Below are positions 24,719 through 34,741 of a DNA stretch of 64,000 bases, in pieces. Position numbers and translations under genes: made by a program. The notes beneath the pieces are model-generated. The model ran no database searches, was not told where the DNA came from, and was given only the letters and a program-made list of their open reading frames with translations. This DNA is from a virus, in IMG/VR virus record IMGVR_UViG_3300022602_000001; one strand, given 5' to 3'. Positions within the stretch are counted from its first letter, which is position 1. Each line of letters opens with the position of its first letter.

Positions 24719-25180
24719 ATGGATAGAACATTTAAAACACTGAGCAACAGCGCAGTTGTGGATTTGGTGCCCTACACAAAGCAGTACATTGAAAATTTTC
24801 CCGATACTGAAATACTAATAGGGTGCGACTCTCAAAACAGAAAAACTGAGACCGTCTATGCAATAGTTGTTGGATTTTACAAGCCAGGAAAGGGCGCGCA
24901 TGTGGTGTACTCAAGATTCAAAAATCAAAGAGAGAAGGACAACGTGGGAAGGCTTTTGAACGAGGTGTGGAACTCAGTTCAGGTTGCTGAAGTTTTAAAA
25001 AATGAAGTTGGAATCCACACAAAGTGGATAGACATAGACCTAAATCCCGACCCCAAGTACAAGTCGAACGCGGCGCTGTCCAGCGCAGTGGGAATAGTAA
25101 CAGGAATGGGGTACAACGTCAGGCACAAGGGCAATTCTCCAATAATGACGTACGCAGCAGACTCTCTCGTAAAATTTTAA
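24719..25180 (+). CDS. RNase H-like YkuK (DUF458) family protein
   Basis: IGCDSQ, GKGAHV, RLLNEVW.S, IDIDLN, ADSL. Confidence 0.75.
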   Translation: MDRTFKTLSNSAVVDLVPYTKQYIENFPDTEILIGCDSQNRKTETVYAIVVGFYKPGKGAHVVYSRFKNQREKDNVGRLLNEVWNSVQVAEVLKNEVGIHTKWIDIDLNPDPKYKSNAALSSAVGIVTGMGYNVRHKGNSPIMTYAADSLVKF

Positions 25181-25236
25181 ATGGGGGCAATCCACCGTTC
25201 TTTGCATATAGATATTTATTAGAAAATATTTGTATC

Positions 25237-27129
25237 ATGGCCCAATTTAACATATCCAATCCCAACTATGGGTTCAGCGGAACCTCTTTGGTTGACGGAG
25301 GATATTCTTTGCACACACAACCATCTGAAAAAACCTCCGACAACTTTGGCCGTCAGAAGGTGACAATACACCAAAACGTCTACGAGGCTGACTTTGAGTA
25401 CGGCACGCAGCCCCTTCGCTGGGAAGTGCTAACAAACGGATCTGCTTCCGTTCAACAGGTGTCAAGCCTGGGAGGCGTAACAATGATAGTAGGAACAGGA
25501 TCTAACGACATGGTGGTGAGGCAGTCGAGGCCCTACCACAGGTATCAGCCGGGAAAGACAATGTACATGTCGTGCAATGCCAACTTTGGTGGCCCTGTAG
25601 TGGGAAACTACACGAGGGTTGGATTCTTTGACGACTCCAATGGAGTTTTTTTTGAGCAGAGCATACCCACAACAAACAATCCGTCTGGAATGTACGTGTG
25701 CGTGAGGACCGATGCGAGTCTTACGGGAAGCCTTCCAAGCACCGTAAAGGTACCTCTGAACCAGTGGAACGGAGACCAAAACATAATTCCAACTCTAAAC
25801 TGGTACAACGTTCAGATGCTGTGGATAGAGTTTGCTTGGTACGGAGCAGGAACGATAAGATTCGGAGTGACCATGAACAGCGAGCAGTACGTGCTTCACA
25901 CAATAAACACTGGAAACGTAGGCAACGGTCCGTGGGCAAGAACCGGAAACCTCCCTGTGAGGTACGAGAACAGAAACAGCGGATCATGGATACCTGCCAA
26001 CACCGTAGTGACGTCGTCCTTTGGAGACGGATCCTACTTTCAGCTGAGCGGGTCTGTAAGCGCATCATTTTACGTAACGTCTAGCACCAGCCTGGTGAGC
26101 ACAGCGGCGGTGAAGTACGTGACCACGGGCTCAACTCTGTACGGAACCTATCAGAACATAGCAACAACAATAAACGCCTCCTCTTCACAGTTTGGAATAG
26201 TGGCATCTGCCTCTTCTGGAATTCCGTCCCTCTTGCTGTCGGCCAGCTCTCCAGTGGGAAACAACGGTCTTGGTCTGAACTACACATACGCATCGGGCGG
26301 CCTGAGCCAGTCGTTTGTGGCAATCACAGGGGGCACAACCCTAATCCACTACGGAGTGTCCGTTATAGTCGAAGGAGGCCGTGATGCTCAGAGAGGATTC
26401 ACCTACTCGTACGGAATAAACCCAACTACACCGAGAGGAAGAACAGTTCCAGCCGGATCGTTCAGGTACCCAGTACTGTCGATTCAGAACCGTGTAATGG
26501 GCACACAAGAGTACACAGGATCCATATCGTCAGCAACCACCTCCAGCATAACGACTGCGGGAAATCCATGGAGTGCGAACCAGTGGGTTGGAAAGTGCGT
26601 GTACGTGAGCGGAAGTGCAATAAACGGAAGGATACTGAGCAACACGACAAACACGATCAACTTTGTCGACGTGGTGACGGGGCTGGCCCAGACCGCATCA
26701 ATAGCAACAAGCGCAGCAACAAACTCATTCACTATAGGGCTTATAAACAGAGGGCAAATACTTCCCCTGCAGTTCATCCTTTCCGCGGACAACATCTGTA
26801 CTGTGGAGTTCATAGCAAGCGCTCCTGCGAATCCTGTGGTGCTGACCGGGTCGAACTTCGTTCCAATGACTCAGTTGGGATCCAATTACTCTTTTGCCAC
26901 AAGGGACATATCTGCAACGGGAATCAACTCAGGAAGCGGGGAGGTGGTTTACGCCTTCGTGTCACCAGCAGGAGGATCTGGCCTTCAGGTTATCGACCTG
27001 AATCAGTTCTTCCCTCTTTACAACACCATCCGCGGAAACATTCCTGACATTCTGACCGTTGCAGTGAGCACAGCAGCGACTGCGTCTAGCATAGGTTGCC
27101 ACCTGGTTGGACAGGAAGCAATGTCTTAG
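25237..27129 (+). CDS. Putative virion structural protein (Ser/Thr/Gly-rich, beta-rich)
   Basis: Start likely ATG 25237 after GATATTTATT motif; YQPGK and WYGAG.IRFG motifs seen in large-phage virion proteins. Confidence 0.65.
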   Translation: MAQFNISNPNYGFSGTSLVDGGYSLHTQPSEKTSDNFGRQKVTIHQNVYEADFEYGTQPLRWEVLTNGSASVQQVSSLGGVTMIVGTGSNDMVVRQSRPYHRYQPGKTMYMSCNANFGGPVVGNYTRVGFFDDSNGVFFEQSIPTTNNPSGMYVCVRTDASLTGSLPSTVKVPLNQWNGDQNIIPTLNWYNVQMLWIEFAWYGAGTIRFGVTMNSEQYVLHTINTGNVGNGPWARTGNLPVRYENRNSGSWIPANTVVTSSFGDGSYFQLSGSVSASFYVTSSTSLVSTAAVKYVTTGSTLYGTYQNIATTINASSSQFGIVASASSGIPSLLLSASSPVGNNGLGLNYTYASGGLSQSFVAITGGTTLIHYGVSVIVEGGRDAQRGFTYSYGINPTTPRGRTVPAGSFRYPVLSIQNRVMGTQEYTGSISSATTSSITTAGNPWSANQWVGKCVYVSGSAINGRILSNTTNTINFVDVVTGLAQTASIATSAATNSFTIGLINRGQILPLQFILSADNICTVEFIASAPANPVVLTGSNFVPMTQLGSNYSFATRDISATGINSGSGEVVYAFVSPAGGSGLQVIDLNQFFPLYNTIRGNIPDILTVAVSTAATASSIGCHLVGQEAMS

Positions 27130-27216
27130 AGACTGAATTTTAAAATTTTACGATTAGTGGGATACATCCTATATTGATGATGTATCCCATTTTTTATTTT
27201 AAACAAAGCGAACAAA

Positions 27217-27465
27217 ATGCAACAGCAAAAACAGTTGAACATTTCAATTGACAAGACGACTCCCGTCTTCTGCGAGTACTGCTCCAACCAAACATTCACT
27301 GAGGCTCTGATGCTTAGAAAGGTGAGCAAGTTTTTGACGGGACAGTCTCAGGATGCAATAACACCAATATCAGTGTTTCTGTGCTCTGAGTGCGGAGAGG
27401 TGAACAGGGACCTGCTTCCGCAGGAATTGTTGAACCAACTAAACAAGGAAAAGAATGTCGAGTAA
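27217..27465 (+). CDS. Zn-ribbon hypothetical protein
   Basis: CEYC...CSEC. Confidence 0.7.
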   Translation: MQQQKQLNISIDKTTPVFCEYCSNQTFTEALMLRKVSKFLTGQSQDAITPISVFLCSECGEVNRDLLPQELLNQLNKEKNVE

Positions 27466-27715
27466 GGACTTTGTAAACGACACGATCATCTATGACGAGG
27501 CGAATTCTAGAAAGGTTCTCAGGACGGATTCAGTTGTTGACTCGATTGTGGACAAGTTCATAGACAGGTCGAGGGTGGGAAAGCTGAAGTACGGAACTGA
27601 CCTAGACAGGCAGGACCTGTCCCTCTGCGAATGGCTCACCCACCTTCAGGAGGAGCTGATGGACGCCGTCAACTACATAGAAAAGGTAAAAATTTTAGTA
27701 GGGGGTAAAAAGTAA
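27455..27715 (+). CDS. All-alpha NTP-pyrophosphatase-like hypothetical protein
   Basis: G..KYGT.LDR.DL...W..HLQEELMDA..Y. Confidence 0.6.
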   Translation: MSSKDFVNDTIIYDEANSRKVLRTDSVVDSIVDKFIDRSRVGKLKYGTDLDRQDLSLCEWLTHLQEELMDAVNYIEKVKILVGGKK

Positions 27716-27718
27716 AAA

Positions 27719-28618
27719 ATGCCAAAGAGAGAATCCACTATTAATTACGCTTACCAAAAGTCGATCTCTTATTCGCAGTACTCAATGTACAGGCAGTGCA
27801 ATTTTAGGTGGTATTTGAGCTACGTCAAGAAGCAGAGGGTGTTCAAGCCGACTGTGCACTTGACGTTTGGCACCAGCTTTCACGAAACCATACAGGAGTA
27901 TCTGAGAATAATGTACGAAGAGTCCGTAAAAAAATCAGACGAATTCGACTATGAGACCTATCTGAAGGAGAGAATGGTTGCAAACTACAAAGAGGAGCTG
28001 GAAAAAAACAAGGGAGAGCACTACATAAAGAAGGAAGAGTTCAATGAGTTTGTTCAGGACGGGATGAACATAATGTCCTGGTTAAAAAAGAACAGGAAGA
28101 AGTACTTTACAACTAGAAAGGTCAAGCTGGTCGGAGTGGAAGTTCCTATGGAGCAGAGAGTTTTGGAAGACTTTCCCAACGTCATAATGCAGGGCTACAT
28201 AGACATAGTGTTCTACGACCAGGAGCTCAAAAAGTACCTGATCATCGACTTCAAGACATCCACCTCAGGGTGGAAGGACTCTGACAAGAAGGACGACCTC
28301 AAGCTCAACCAAGTTCTTTTCTACAAGCACTTCTACTCCAGAGCTCTTAAAATATCACCAGAAGAGGTCGACGTAATGTTTTTGGTGGTTAAGAGGAGGC
28401 CCTTCATAAGCGAGGACTTTCCAACAAAGTGGGCTCAGGAGATAAGGCCTGCTCAGGGAAAGATCAAGATGAAGAAGGTGGTCGAGGACCTTGAGAATTT
28501 TGTAAAAGAGTGCTTTACAAAGGACACCAAGTACGCCGAGCGGGAGTACAGCAAAAATTTTGACTCCTGCAAGTTCTGCGAGTACAGGGACAGGGACGAT
28601 CTGTGCGCAAAGTCATAG
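27719..28618 (+). CDS. PD-(D/E)XK nuclease (RecB/Cas4-like exonuclease)
   Basis: SYSQ..Y.QC, FGTSFH, GYID, IIDFKTS, Q..FY, CKFCEY. Confidence 0.85.
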   Translation: MPKRESTINYAYQKSISYSQYSMYRQCNFRWYLSYVKKQRVFKPTVHLTFGTSFHETIQEYLRIMYEESVKKSDEFDYETYLKERMVANYKEELEKNKGEHYIKKEEFNEFVQDGMNIMSWLKKNRKKYFTTRKVKLVGVEVPMEQRVLEDFPNVIMQGYIDIVFYDQELKKYLIIDFKTSTSGWKDSDKKDDLKLNQVLFYKHFYSRALKISPEEVDVMFLVVKRRPFISEDFPTKWAQEIRPAQGKIKMKKVVEDLENFVKECFTKDTKYAEREYSKNFDSCKFCEYRDRDDLCAKS

Positions 28619-28681
28619 AAATATTTTGTATACGCAAATATATTTATGCTGTTGTGAAGATATTTATATAAAAACAACGCA

Positions 28682-28885
28682 ATGACAACAAACGTAAAAA
28701 AAACGACCACGTCTCTTAAGCTTCCTGAGACTCTCTACGAGGACTTCAAAGTAACCTGCATAAAATCAAAGATGAATCTTCAGCAGGTTGTGGAGAGAAC
28801 TCTGTTTCTCTACATGACCGACGCAGAGTACAGAAACAAGATCTACAACCAGATAAACACTCACTACACCGGGTCTACAAACTAA
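28682..28885 (+). CDS. Small ribbon-helix-helix-like DNA-binding protein
   Basis: TTSLKLPETLYEDFK strand-helix pattern; heads the glycan island. Confidence 0.55.
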   Translation: MTTNVKKTTTSLKLPETLYEDFKVTCIKSKMNLQQVVERTLFLYMTDAEYRNKIYNQINTHYTGSTN

Positions 28886-28913
28886 AGATCAACAAAACAA
28901 CTAGAGTAAAGTT

Positions 28914-30365
28914 ATGCTAGAAGGTTACATACCTAGAGAAAAGAGAAAAAAGATACTGCTCCTGTCGGACGACATAAGAATGACGTCTGGGATATCCACA
29001 ATGGCAAGGGAGATAGTAGTCAACACTGCGCACGTGTTCAATTGGGTGAATCTTGGAGGAGCAATAAACCATCCGGACCAGGGGAAGAGGCTGGACATCT
29101 GCGCCGACACCAACACCATAATGGGAATAAGCGACTCCCACGTGTACATCTATCCAGTCAGTGGATACGGAACGCAGGAGATAGTGAGAAACATGATCCA
29201 GATGGAGAACCCAGATGCCATCATGATGTTCACCGATCCCAGGTACTGGATATGGCTATTTCAGATGGAGAACGAGATAAGGAGGAAGATTCCAATCATG
29301 TACATTAACATTTGGGACGATCTTCCTGCCCCTCTGTACAACAGGGCCTACTACGAGTCGTGCGATGCTCTGTTCGCAATATCCAAGCAGACCAAGAACA
29401 TAAACGAAATGGTGCTGGGAGAAAAGGCAAACAGCAAAATAATCAAGTACATTCCCCACGGAATAAACGAAAAGCACTTCTACCCAATAAATGAGTTCAT
29501 GCAGGAGGACTTTGCCAAGCTGAAGGAGTTCAAAAATAGAATTTTTAAGGGGAAGGAGTACGAATTTGTTCTGTTCTACAACGCAAGGAACATCAGGAGG
29601 AAGTGCGTTCCTGACTTGGTAGCTGCATGGTCCCACTTCTGCGACAGCGTTGGAAAGGACAAAGCCAGCAAGTGCGCCCTTCTTCTGCACACTCAGGGGC
29701 TGGACGAGAACGGCACAGACCTTCCCGCCGTTGTGAACCTTCTCTGCTCAGAGGACCACAAGAACGTGATCATCAACGAGGATAGGCTGTTGGTTGACCA
29801 AATGAACCTCATGTACAACTCCTGTGATGCTGCAGCTCTGATCTCTTCTAACGAAGGATGGGGACTGAGCCTCACAGAGGCCATGATGTGCGGAATGCCA
29901 ATACTTGGGACAGTCACTGGAGGAATGCAGGACCAAATGAGGTTTGAGGACGAAGAAGGAAACTGGTACACTCCAACAAGAGAGGTGCCATCCAATCACT
30001 TTGGAACTTACAAAAAACACGGGAATTGGGCGATTCCAGTCTTTCCAAACAACATGAGCCTGGTTGGATCGATCCCCACACCATACATCTGGGACGATCG
30101 TGTAGACTTCAGAGACGTTGCAGCTGCAATAGAAACTCTAGTGGACACAAAGAACCTGAACACTCCGTTGTGGGACGAGATGAAGAAGCAGGCCAGACAG
30201 TGGGTGACCTCAGACGAATCAATGATGAGTGCCAGGTGGATGGCAAAGAACATAATCGACGGAGTGAACGACACCTTCGACCACTGGAGTCCCAGGCCAA
30301 ATTTTGAGTTCATAAAAACAGAACCACTAAAACCAAAAAGCTTAGCTCACCCGCTAACATACTAA
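28914..30365 (+). CDS. Glycosyltransferase, GT-B/GT4-like
   Basis: IPHGI, RNIRRK, EGWGLSLTEAM..G. Confidence 0.88.
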   Translation: MLEGYIPREKRKKILLLSDDIRMTSGISTMAREIVVNTAHVFNWVNLGGAINHPDQGKRLDICADTNTIMGISDSHVYIYPVSGYGTQEIVRNMIQMENPDAIMMFTDPRYWIWLFQMENEIRRKIPIMYINIWDDLPAPLYNRAYYESCDALFAISKQTKNINEMVLGEKANSKIIKYIPHGINEKHFYPINEFMQEDFAKLKEFKNRIFKGKEYEFVLFYNARNIRRKCVPDLVAAWSHFCDSVGKDKASKCALLLHTQGLDENGTDLPAVVNLLCSEDHKNVIINEDRLLVDQMNLMYNSCDAAALISSNEGWGLSLTEAMMCGMPILGTVTGGMQDQMRFEDEEGNWYTPTREVPSNHFGTYKKHGNWAIPVFPNNMSLVGSIPTPYIWDDRVDFRDVAAAIETLVDTKNLNTPLWDEMKKQARQWVTSDESMMSARWMAKNIIDGVNDTFDHWSPRPNFEFIKTEPLKPKSLAHPLTY

Positions 30366-30373
30366 ATCAGTTT

Positions 30374-31681
30374 ATGAAGCAATACGTAGTTATATCGTGT
30401 CCAATAGACACAGTCAGCGGATACGGATTCAGGTCGAGGGACTTTGTAAAGGCCCTCTACGAATTAAAGAAGGACGAGTGGCAAATAGAGATACTCCCCC
30501 AGAGGTGGGGATCAACCCCGTGGGGGTACATATCGGAGAACAAGGAGGAGTGGGCGTGGGTAATTCCTTTGCTGAACACGACTGGACAGCTGAGGGCACA
30601 GCCGGACTGTTGGATTCAGATAACAGTTCCCAACGAGTTTCAACCGATAGGAAAGTTTAACGTAGGAGTGACTGCAGGCATAGAGACGAACATCTGCCAC
30701 GCGAGCTGGATAGACGGACTCAACAGGATGAACCTCAATTTGGTTTCTTCCAAGCACGCAAAGAACGTGTTTGAGCGATCGACCTTCCAGGAAAAGAACC
30801 CGCAGGGGCAGGTGGTGAGAGACATAAAGCTAGAAAGGCCCGTGGAAGTTCTGTTCGAGGGCGTAGACCTAAACAAGTACTTCCACTTAGAGGACAACGA
30901 CATACCGGAGACCAATCTGGTCGGTGTTCTTGACCAAATAAAGGAGGACTTCAACTACTTGGTCGTGGGACACTGGCTGCAGGGAGACCTGGGAGAGGAC
31001 AGAAAGAATATAGGACTCACGATAAAGACCTTCTTCGAGACGTTCAAGAACAAGAAAAGCAGGCCGGGGCTCGTGCTTAAGGTGTCTGGAGGCGGCGCAA
31101 GCATAATGGACAGGGACCTAATTCTCGAGAGGATAGACGCCATAAGAAAGTCAATAGACTCAAAGGACCTTCCGAGCGTGTACCTACTCCACGGAGAGAT
31201 GTCTGACACTGACATGAACCACCTGTACAACCACGGAAAGATAAAGGCAATGATCAGCCTCACCAAGGGCGAGGGATTTGGCAGACCGCTGCTCGAGTTC
31301 AGCGTCTCAAAAAAGCCGATAATAGCAACCGCCTACTCTGGCCACATCGACTTCCTGTACTCAGAGTACACGTCTTTTGTGGGAGGCCAGCTCAAACAGA
31401 TACACCCCTCTGCAGTTGTGGAAAATTTGCTGATACCAGAGTCTGGGTGGTTTTCCCCAGACGTCAAACAGGCAGAGTTCTACCTGAGGGACGTGTACGA
31501 AAAGTATCCAAAGTACCAGGAGAAGGCAAAGCAGCAGGCCCACAAGTCAAAGACGCTGTTCTCCTACGACGAAATGAAAAAGCTATTGGCCACCCACTTG
31601 GACAAAGTTCCAAAGCAGGTCTCTCTAAAGCTGCCTCAGCTGAAAAAAATTGAACTTCCAAAATTAACCAAAGTACAATAA
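30374..31681 (+). CDS. Glycosyltransferase, GT-B/GT4-like
   Basis: SGYG, RKNI, EGFGRPLLE. Confidence 0.85.
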   Translation: MKQYVVISCPIDTVSGYGFRSRDFVKALYELKKDEWQIEILPQRWGSTPWGYISENKEEWAWVIPLLNTTGQLRAQPDCWIQITVPNEFQPIGKFNVGVTAGIETNICHASWIDGLNRMNLNLVSSKHAKNVFERSTFQEKNPQGQVVRDIKLERPVEVLFEGVDLNKYFHLEDNDIPETNLVGVLDQIKEDFNYLVVGHWLQGDLGEDRKNIGLTIKTFFETFKNKKSRPGLVLKVSGGGASIMDRDLILERIDAIRKSIDSKDLPSVYLLHGEMSDTDMNHLYNHGKIKAMISLTKGEGFGRPLLEFSVSKKPIIATAYSGHIDFLYSEYTSFVGGQLKQIHPSAVVENLLIPESGWFSPDVKQAEFYLRDVYEKYPKYQEKAKQQAHKSKTLFSYDEMKKLLATHLDKVPKQVSLKLPQLKKIELPKLTKVQ

Positions 31682-32127
31682 TGACAAACACGTTACTGCA
31701 GACGTGCCCGCTGTGCAAACAAGAGGAGTGCTGCAACTCAGAGCCCATAAACGAATTCCACAGCCAGTACACCTGCCTGTCGTGCGGGTTTGAAACCAAC
31801 GACCTGATGAGAGAGGGAGAATTTGACTTCGAGGCCTACGAGTCCGACGACTCCTTTCCCCTTCTCTACAGGGACATAAAACAGACCGACGAAGAGGGAA
31901 GGGTGTGGTACCCAATAACCATAAACACCCCGGGAAGGGGAACAGTGTACGCATTTGGAAAATCTGCAGAGGACTGGAGGTGGAGGGCCACAAAGAGCGT
32001 TGGGCTGACGGAAGAGGAGAGGTCTCAGCCCAAGTTCAAAGGACAAACCCACAGGTCGGACCCAACCACAACTCAGGACTTTGGGAGGGACTTCTTTGGC
32101 GCAGTGGAGTACGTGGGAATTTTTTAA
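31681..32127 (+). CDS. Cys-containing hypothetical protein
   Basis: CPLC...CLSCG. Confidence 0.65.
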   Translation: MTNTLLQTCPLCKQEECCNSEPINEFHSQYTCLSCGFETNDLMREGEFDFEAYESDDSFPLLYRDIKQTDEEGRVWYPITINTPGRGTVYAFGKSAEDWRWRATKSVGLTEEERSQPKFKGQTHRSDPTTTQDFGRDFFGAVEYVGIF

Positions 32128-32140
32128 AAAAACAAAGACA

Positions 32141-32785
32141 ATGCCAACAATAAGTTACGCAGTTACCGCATGCAACGAAAGCGTTGAGCTGGGCAGGCTG
32201 CTGGAGCAGCTGTCCCGCTGCGCCGACAAGGAGGACGAGATCGTAGTCCAGGTGGACACGGAGACCGTCACCAAGGAGGTCTCTCAGGTCTTTCAGTACT
32301 TCAAAAAAGAGCACTATCCAAATGGAAATTTGTTTATCGTGTACAACTACCTAAACAAAAACTTTGCCAACCACAAAAATCATTTGAAGTCCTTCTGCAA
32401 AAAGGACTACATTTTCTTCATAGACGCGGACGAGTACCTGTCCTACGTCCTCGAGACCAGCCTAAAGGATCTTCTTGAAGACGACGGAGGGACAACGGAC
32501 TGCTTCCTTGTGCCAAGAGCAAACACGGTCGAAGGTCTTACGGACGAGCACGTTGCCAAGTGGGGATGGAGGGTGGACAACAGACGTTTTGTCAACTGGC
32601 CTGACTACCAGTCGAGGATCGTAAAGAACGACAGCAGAATAAGATGGGAGGGAAAAGTCCACGAGAGGATAACTGGGCACTCCACCTATGCGTTCCTTCC
32701 AGATGATGACGAAACGTGGGCACTTCACCACCCAAAGGACATAAAGAGGCAGGAAAAACAGAACAACTTCTACAGCAGCATATGA
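32141..32785 (+). CDS. Glycosyltransferase family 2
   Basis: ISYAVT..NE, FFIDADE, WPDYQ.R, W.GKVHE. Confidence 0.85.
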   Translation: MPTISYAVTACNESVELGRLLEQLSRCADKEDEIVVQVDTETVTKEVSQVFQYFKKEHYPNGNLFIVYNYLNKNFANHKNHLKSFCKKDYIFFIDADEYLSYVLETSLKDLLEDDGGTTDCFLVPRANTVEGLTDEHVAKWGWRVDNRRFVNWPDYQSRIVKNDSRIRWEGKVHERITGHSTYAFLPDDDETWALHHPKDIKRQEKQNNFYSSI

Positions 32786-33453
32786 CAAAAGAAATAGTGG
32801 TTGCGGCCTACGACAAGTACCTGGACTGGCTGGACGGCCTGGACTCTGACGTCAAGAGGACGGTCTACAGAAAGGGAATGGAGCCTGCGCAGAGGGACGA
32901 CGAAATTTTCATAGAACCAAACAGAGGCAGGTGCGTCCACACGTTCTTCAACCACATTTGGAAGAACTACGACTCTTTGTCGGACGTCACCTTCTTTGCC
33001 CAGGACTATCCATTTGACCACTGGGAGGACATAGTCGACGTGATAAACTCAGGCACACATGAATCAAAGTGCCAACTGAAAACTGCAGGCTACTACGGAT
33101 TTCACTACAACACAATAATGGTTCCCTCTCCTATGGGAGGGAGGATGTGGGACCTGTCTCCATCCAAACACCACGGCACGGGGAAGGTGTTGGTTTGTCA
33201 GAGCAACGGACGTCCTCAGGACTCCAATCCCGGCATTGACGTGGACAGGTACTGGAGGATGCTCTTTGACGATCCAACTCCAATGAACTACGAATTCATG
33301 CCGGGAGGGCACTTTGGAATCACAAGAGATCATGCAAGGCTGAGGACAAGGGACTTCTACGGCAGAGTGTGCAAAATTCTGCTGGAAGAGGACGCAGCCC
33401 CATGGAACATAGAGAGGCTGGAGTGCTACATATTCAATCCATCAATACAATAA
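32782..33453 (+). CDS. DUF3431-like protein
   Basis: IVVAAY..L.W, N.GR..HT..HI..NYD.L, F.Q..PFDH, ERL. Confidence 0.65.
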   Translation: MTKEIVVAAYDKYLDWLDGLDSDVKRTVYRKGMEPAQRDDEIFIEPNRGRCVHTFFNHIWKNYDSLSDVTFFAQDYPFDHWEDIVDVINSGTHESKCQLKTAGYYGFHYNTIMVPSPMGGRMWDLSPSKHHGTGKVLVCQSNGRPQDSNPGIDVDRYWRMLFDDPTPMNYEFMPGGHFGITRDHARLRTRDFYGRVCKILLEEDAAPWNIERLECYIFNPSIQ

Positions 33454-33454
33454 A

Positions 33455-34741
33455 ATGGTAAAAATAGAAAACATACAGGAGCTGGTGGGAAACCACGTGG
33501 CTCCCTACATCTACAACGCAAAGAACTTCGTGCCAGGCGCCACTCCCATCTACTACAGTGGGCCCTACTGGGACAACAAGGAGACCGAAGCCGCAATGGA
33601 CAGCTTCTTAAACGGAAAGTGGATCACTGCAGGAGAAAAGGTCTACAAATTTGAGAACAAGTTCAGCAAGAGGTTCAACGTGAAGCACTCCCACATGGTG
33701 AATTCCGGCAGCTCTGCAAACTTGGTGCTGATAGCCGCTCTAAAAAAAAGGTTTGGGTGGGAGGACGGAGATGAAATAATTGTCTCTCCAGTGGGATTTG
33801 CAACCACAGTGTCGGTTCTCTACCAGCACAGGCTCAAGCCAGTGTTTGCTGACATTGAGTGGGACACTTTGAATTTCGACCTTTCAAAGGTGGAAGAGAA
33901 GATCACCAGCAGAACCAGAGGAATCTTCGTTTCTCCTGTGCTGGGAAATCCACCCAACATGGACGTGCTCGTTCAGCTGGCTGAAAAGCACAACTTGAAG
34001 CTGATAGGGGACAACTGCGACAGTTTGGGATCAAAGTGGGACGGCAGGTACCTGAACGAGCACTACGTTGCGTTTTCAAACTCCTTCTATCCGGCCCACC
34101 ACATATCGACGGGAGAGGGAGGCATGGTGTGCTCCGACGACGACGAGCTGAAGAAGCTGTTCGTCAGCTTTAGCTGGTGGGGCAGGGACTGCTACTGCAT
34201 TGGGTCAGCAAATCTTCTGCCGTGCGGAACGTGCGGAAAGAGGTTCGATAACTGGCTGGAGAGCTACGACGGGGTCATTGACCACAAGTACGTGTTCAGC
34301 GAGATGGGGTACAACCTAAAGCCCCTGGATCTGCAGGGAGCGATTGGGCTGGAGCAGCTGGACAAGTTGGACACCATGGAACAGAGGAGAAGGACAGCAA
34401 AAAACAGGATTGAAAAGATATTTACCAGCAGCATACAGGATTTGAGGTCTCCAAGCGCATTGGACAAAGCAGACCCTTGTTGGTTTGGCACTCCTTTTAT
34501 ATGCGACGAGCCAGGGCTGAAGCACAGGTTGGTTTCATTTCTGGAGCAGAACAAGATACAGACCAGGAACTACTTCGCTGGAAACATACTGATGCACCCA
34601 GGGTACTCCTTCTTGGACGACTACAAAAATTATCCAGAGGCAAACAAGGTGCTGGACAAGGTGTTCTTCATAGGAGCGGCCCCACACTACACAGAAGAGG
34701 TGTTCGAGTATATAGAAGAAGTAGTAAAAAAATTCAAATGA
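33455..34741 (+). CDS. rfbH: CDP-4-keto-6-deoxyglucose 3-dehydratase (RfbH/E1-type DegT family)
   Basis: VNSGSSANL, SFYPAHHI.TGEGG (His in place of the PLP Lys), WGRDCYC...TCGKRF Fe-S motif, DHKY. Confidence 0.85.
   Translation: MVKIENIQELVGNHVAPYIYNAKNFVPGATPIYYSGPYWDNKETEAAMDSFLNGKWITAGEKVYKFENKFSKRFNVKHSHMVNSGSSANLVLIAALKKRFGWEDGDEIIVSPVGFATTVSVLYQHRLKPVFADIEWDTLNFDLSKVEEKITSRTRGIFVSPVLGNPPNMDVLVQLAEKHNLKLIGDNCDSLGSKWDGRYLNEHYVAFSNSFYPAHHISTGEGGMVCSDDDELKKLFVSFSWWGRDCYCIGSANLLPCGTCGKRFDNWLESYDGVIDHKYVFSEMGYNLKPLDLQGAIGLEQLDKLDTMEQRRRTAKNRIEKIFTSSIQDLRSPSALDKADPCWFGTPFICDEPGLKHRLVSFLEQNKIQTRNYFAGNILMHPGYSFLDDYKNYPEANKVLDKVFFIGAAPHYTEEVFEYIEEVVKKFK

Noticed and set aside
25024-25236. N-terminal extension of the 701-aa ORF
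   Set aside because: Overlaps the YkuK-like gene; the promoter motif and composition indicate a start at 25237
27719-28618. Cas4 as evidence of a CRISPR-Cas system
   Set aside because: Stand-alone PD-(D/E)XK exonucleases are routine in phages; no other cas genes
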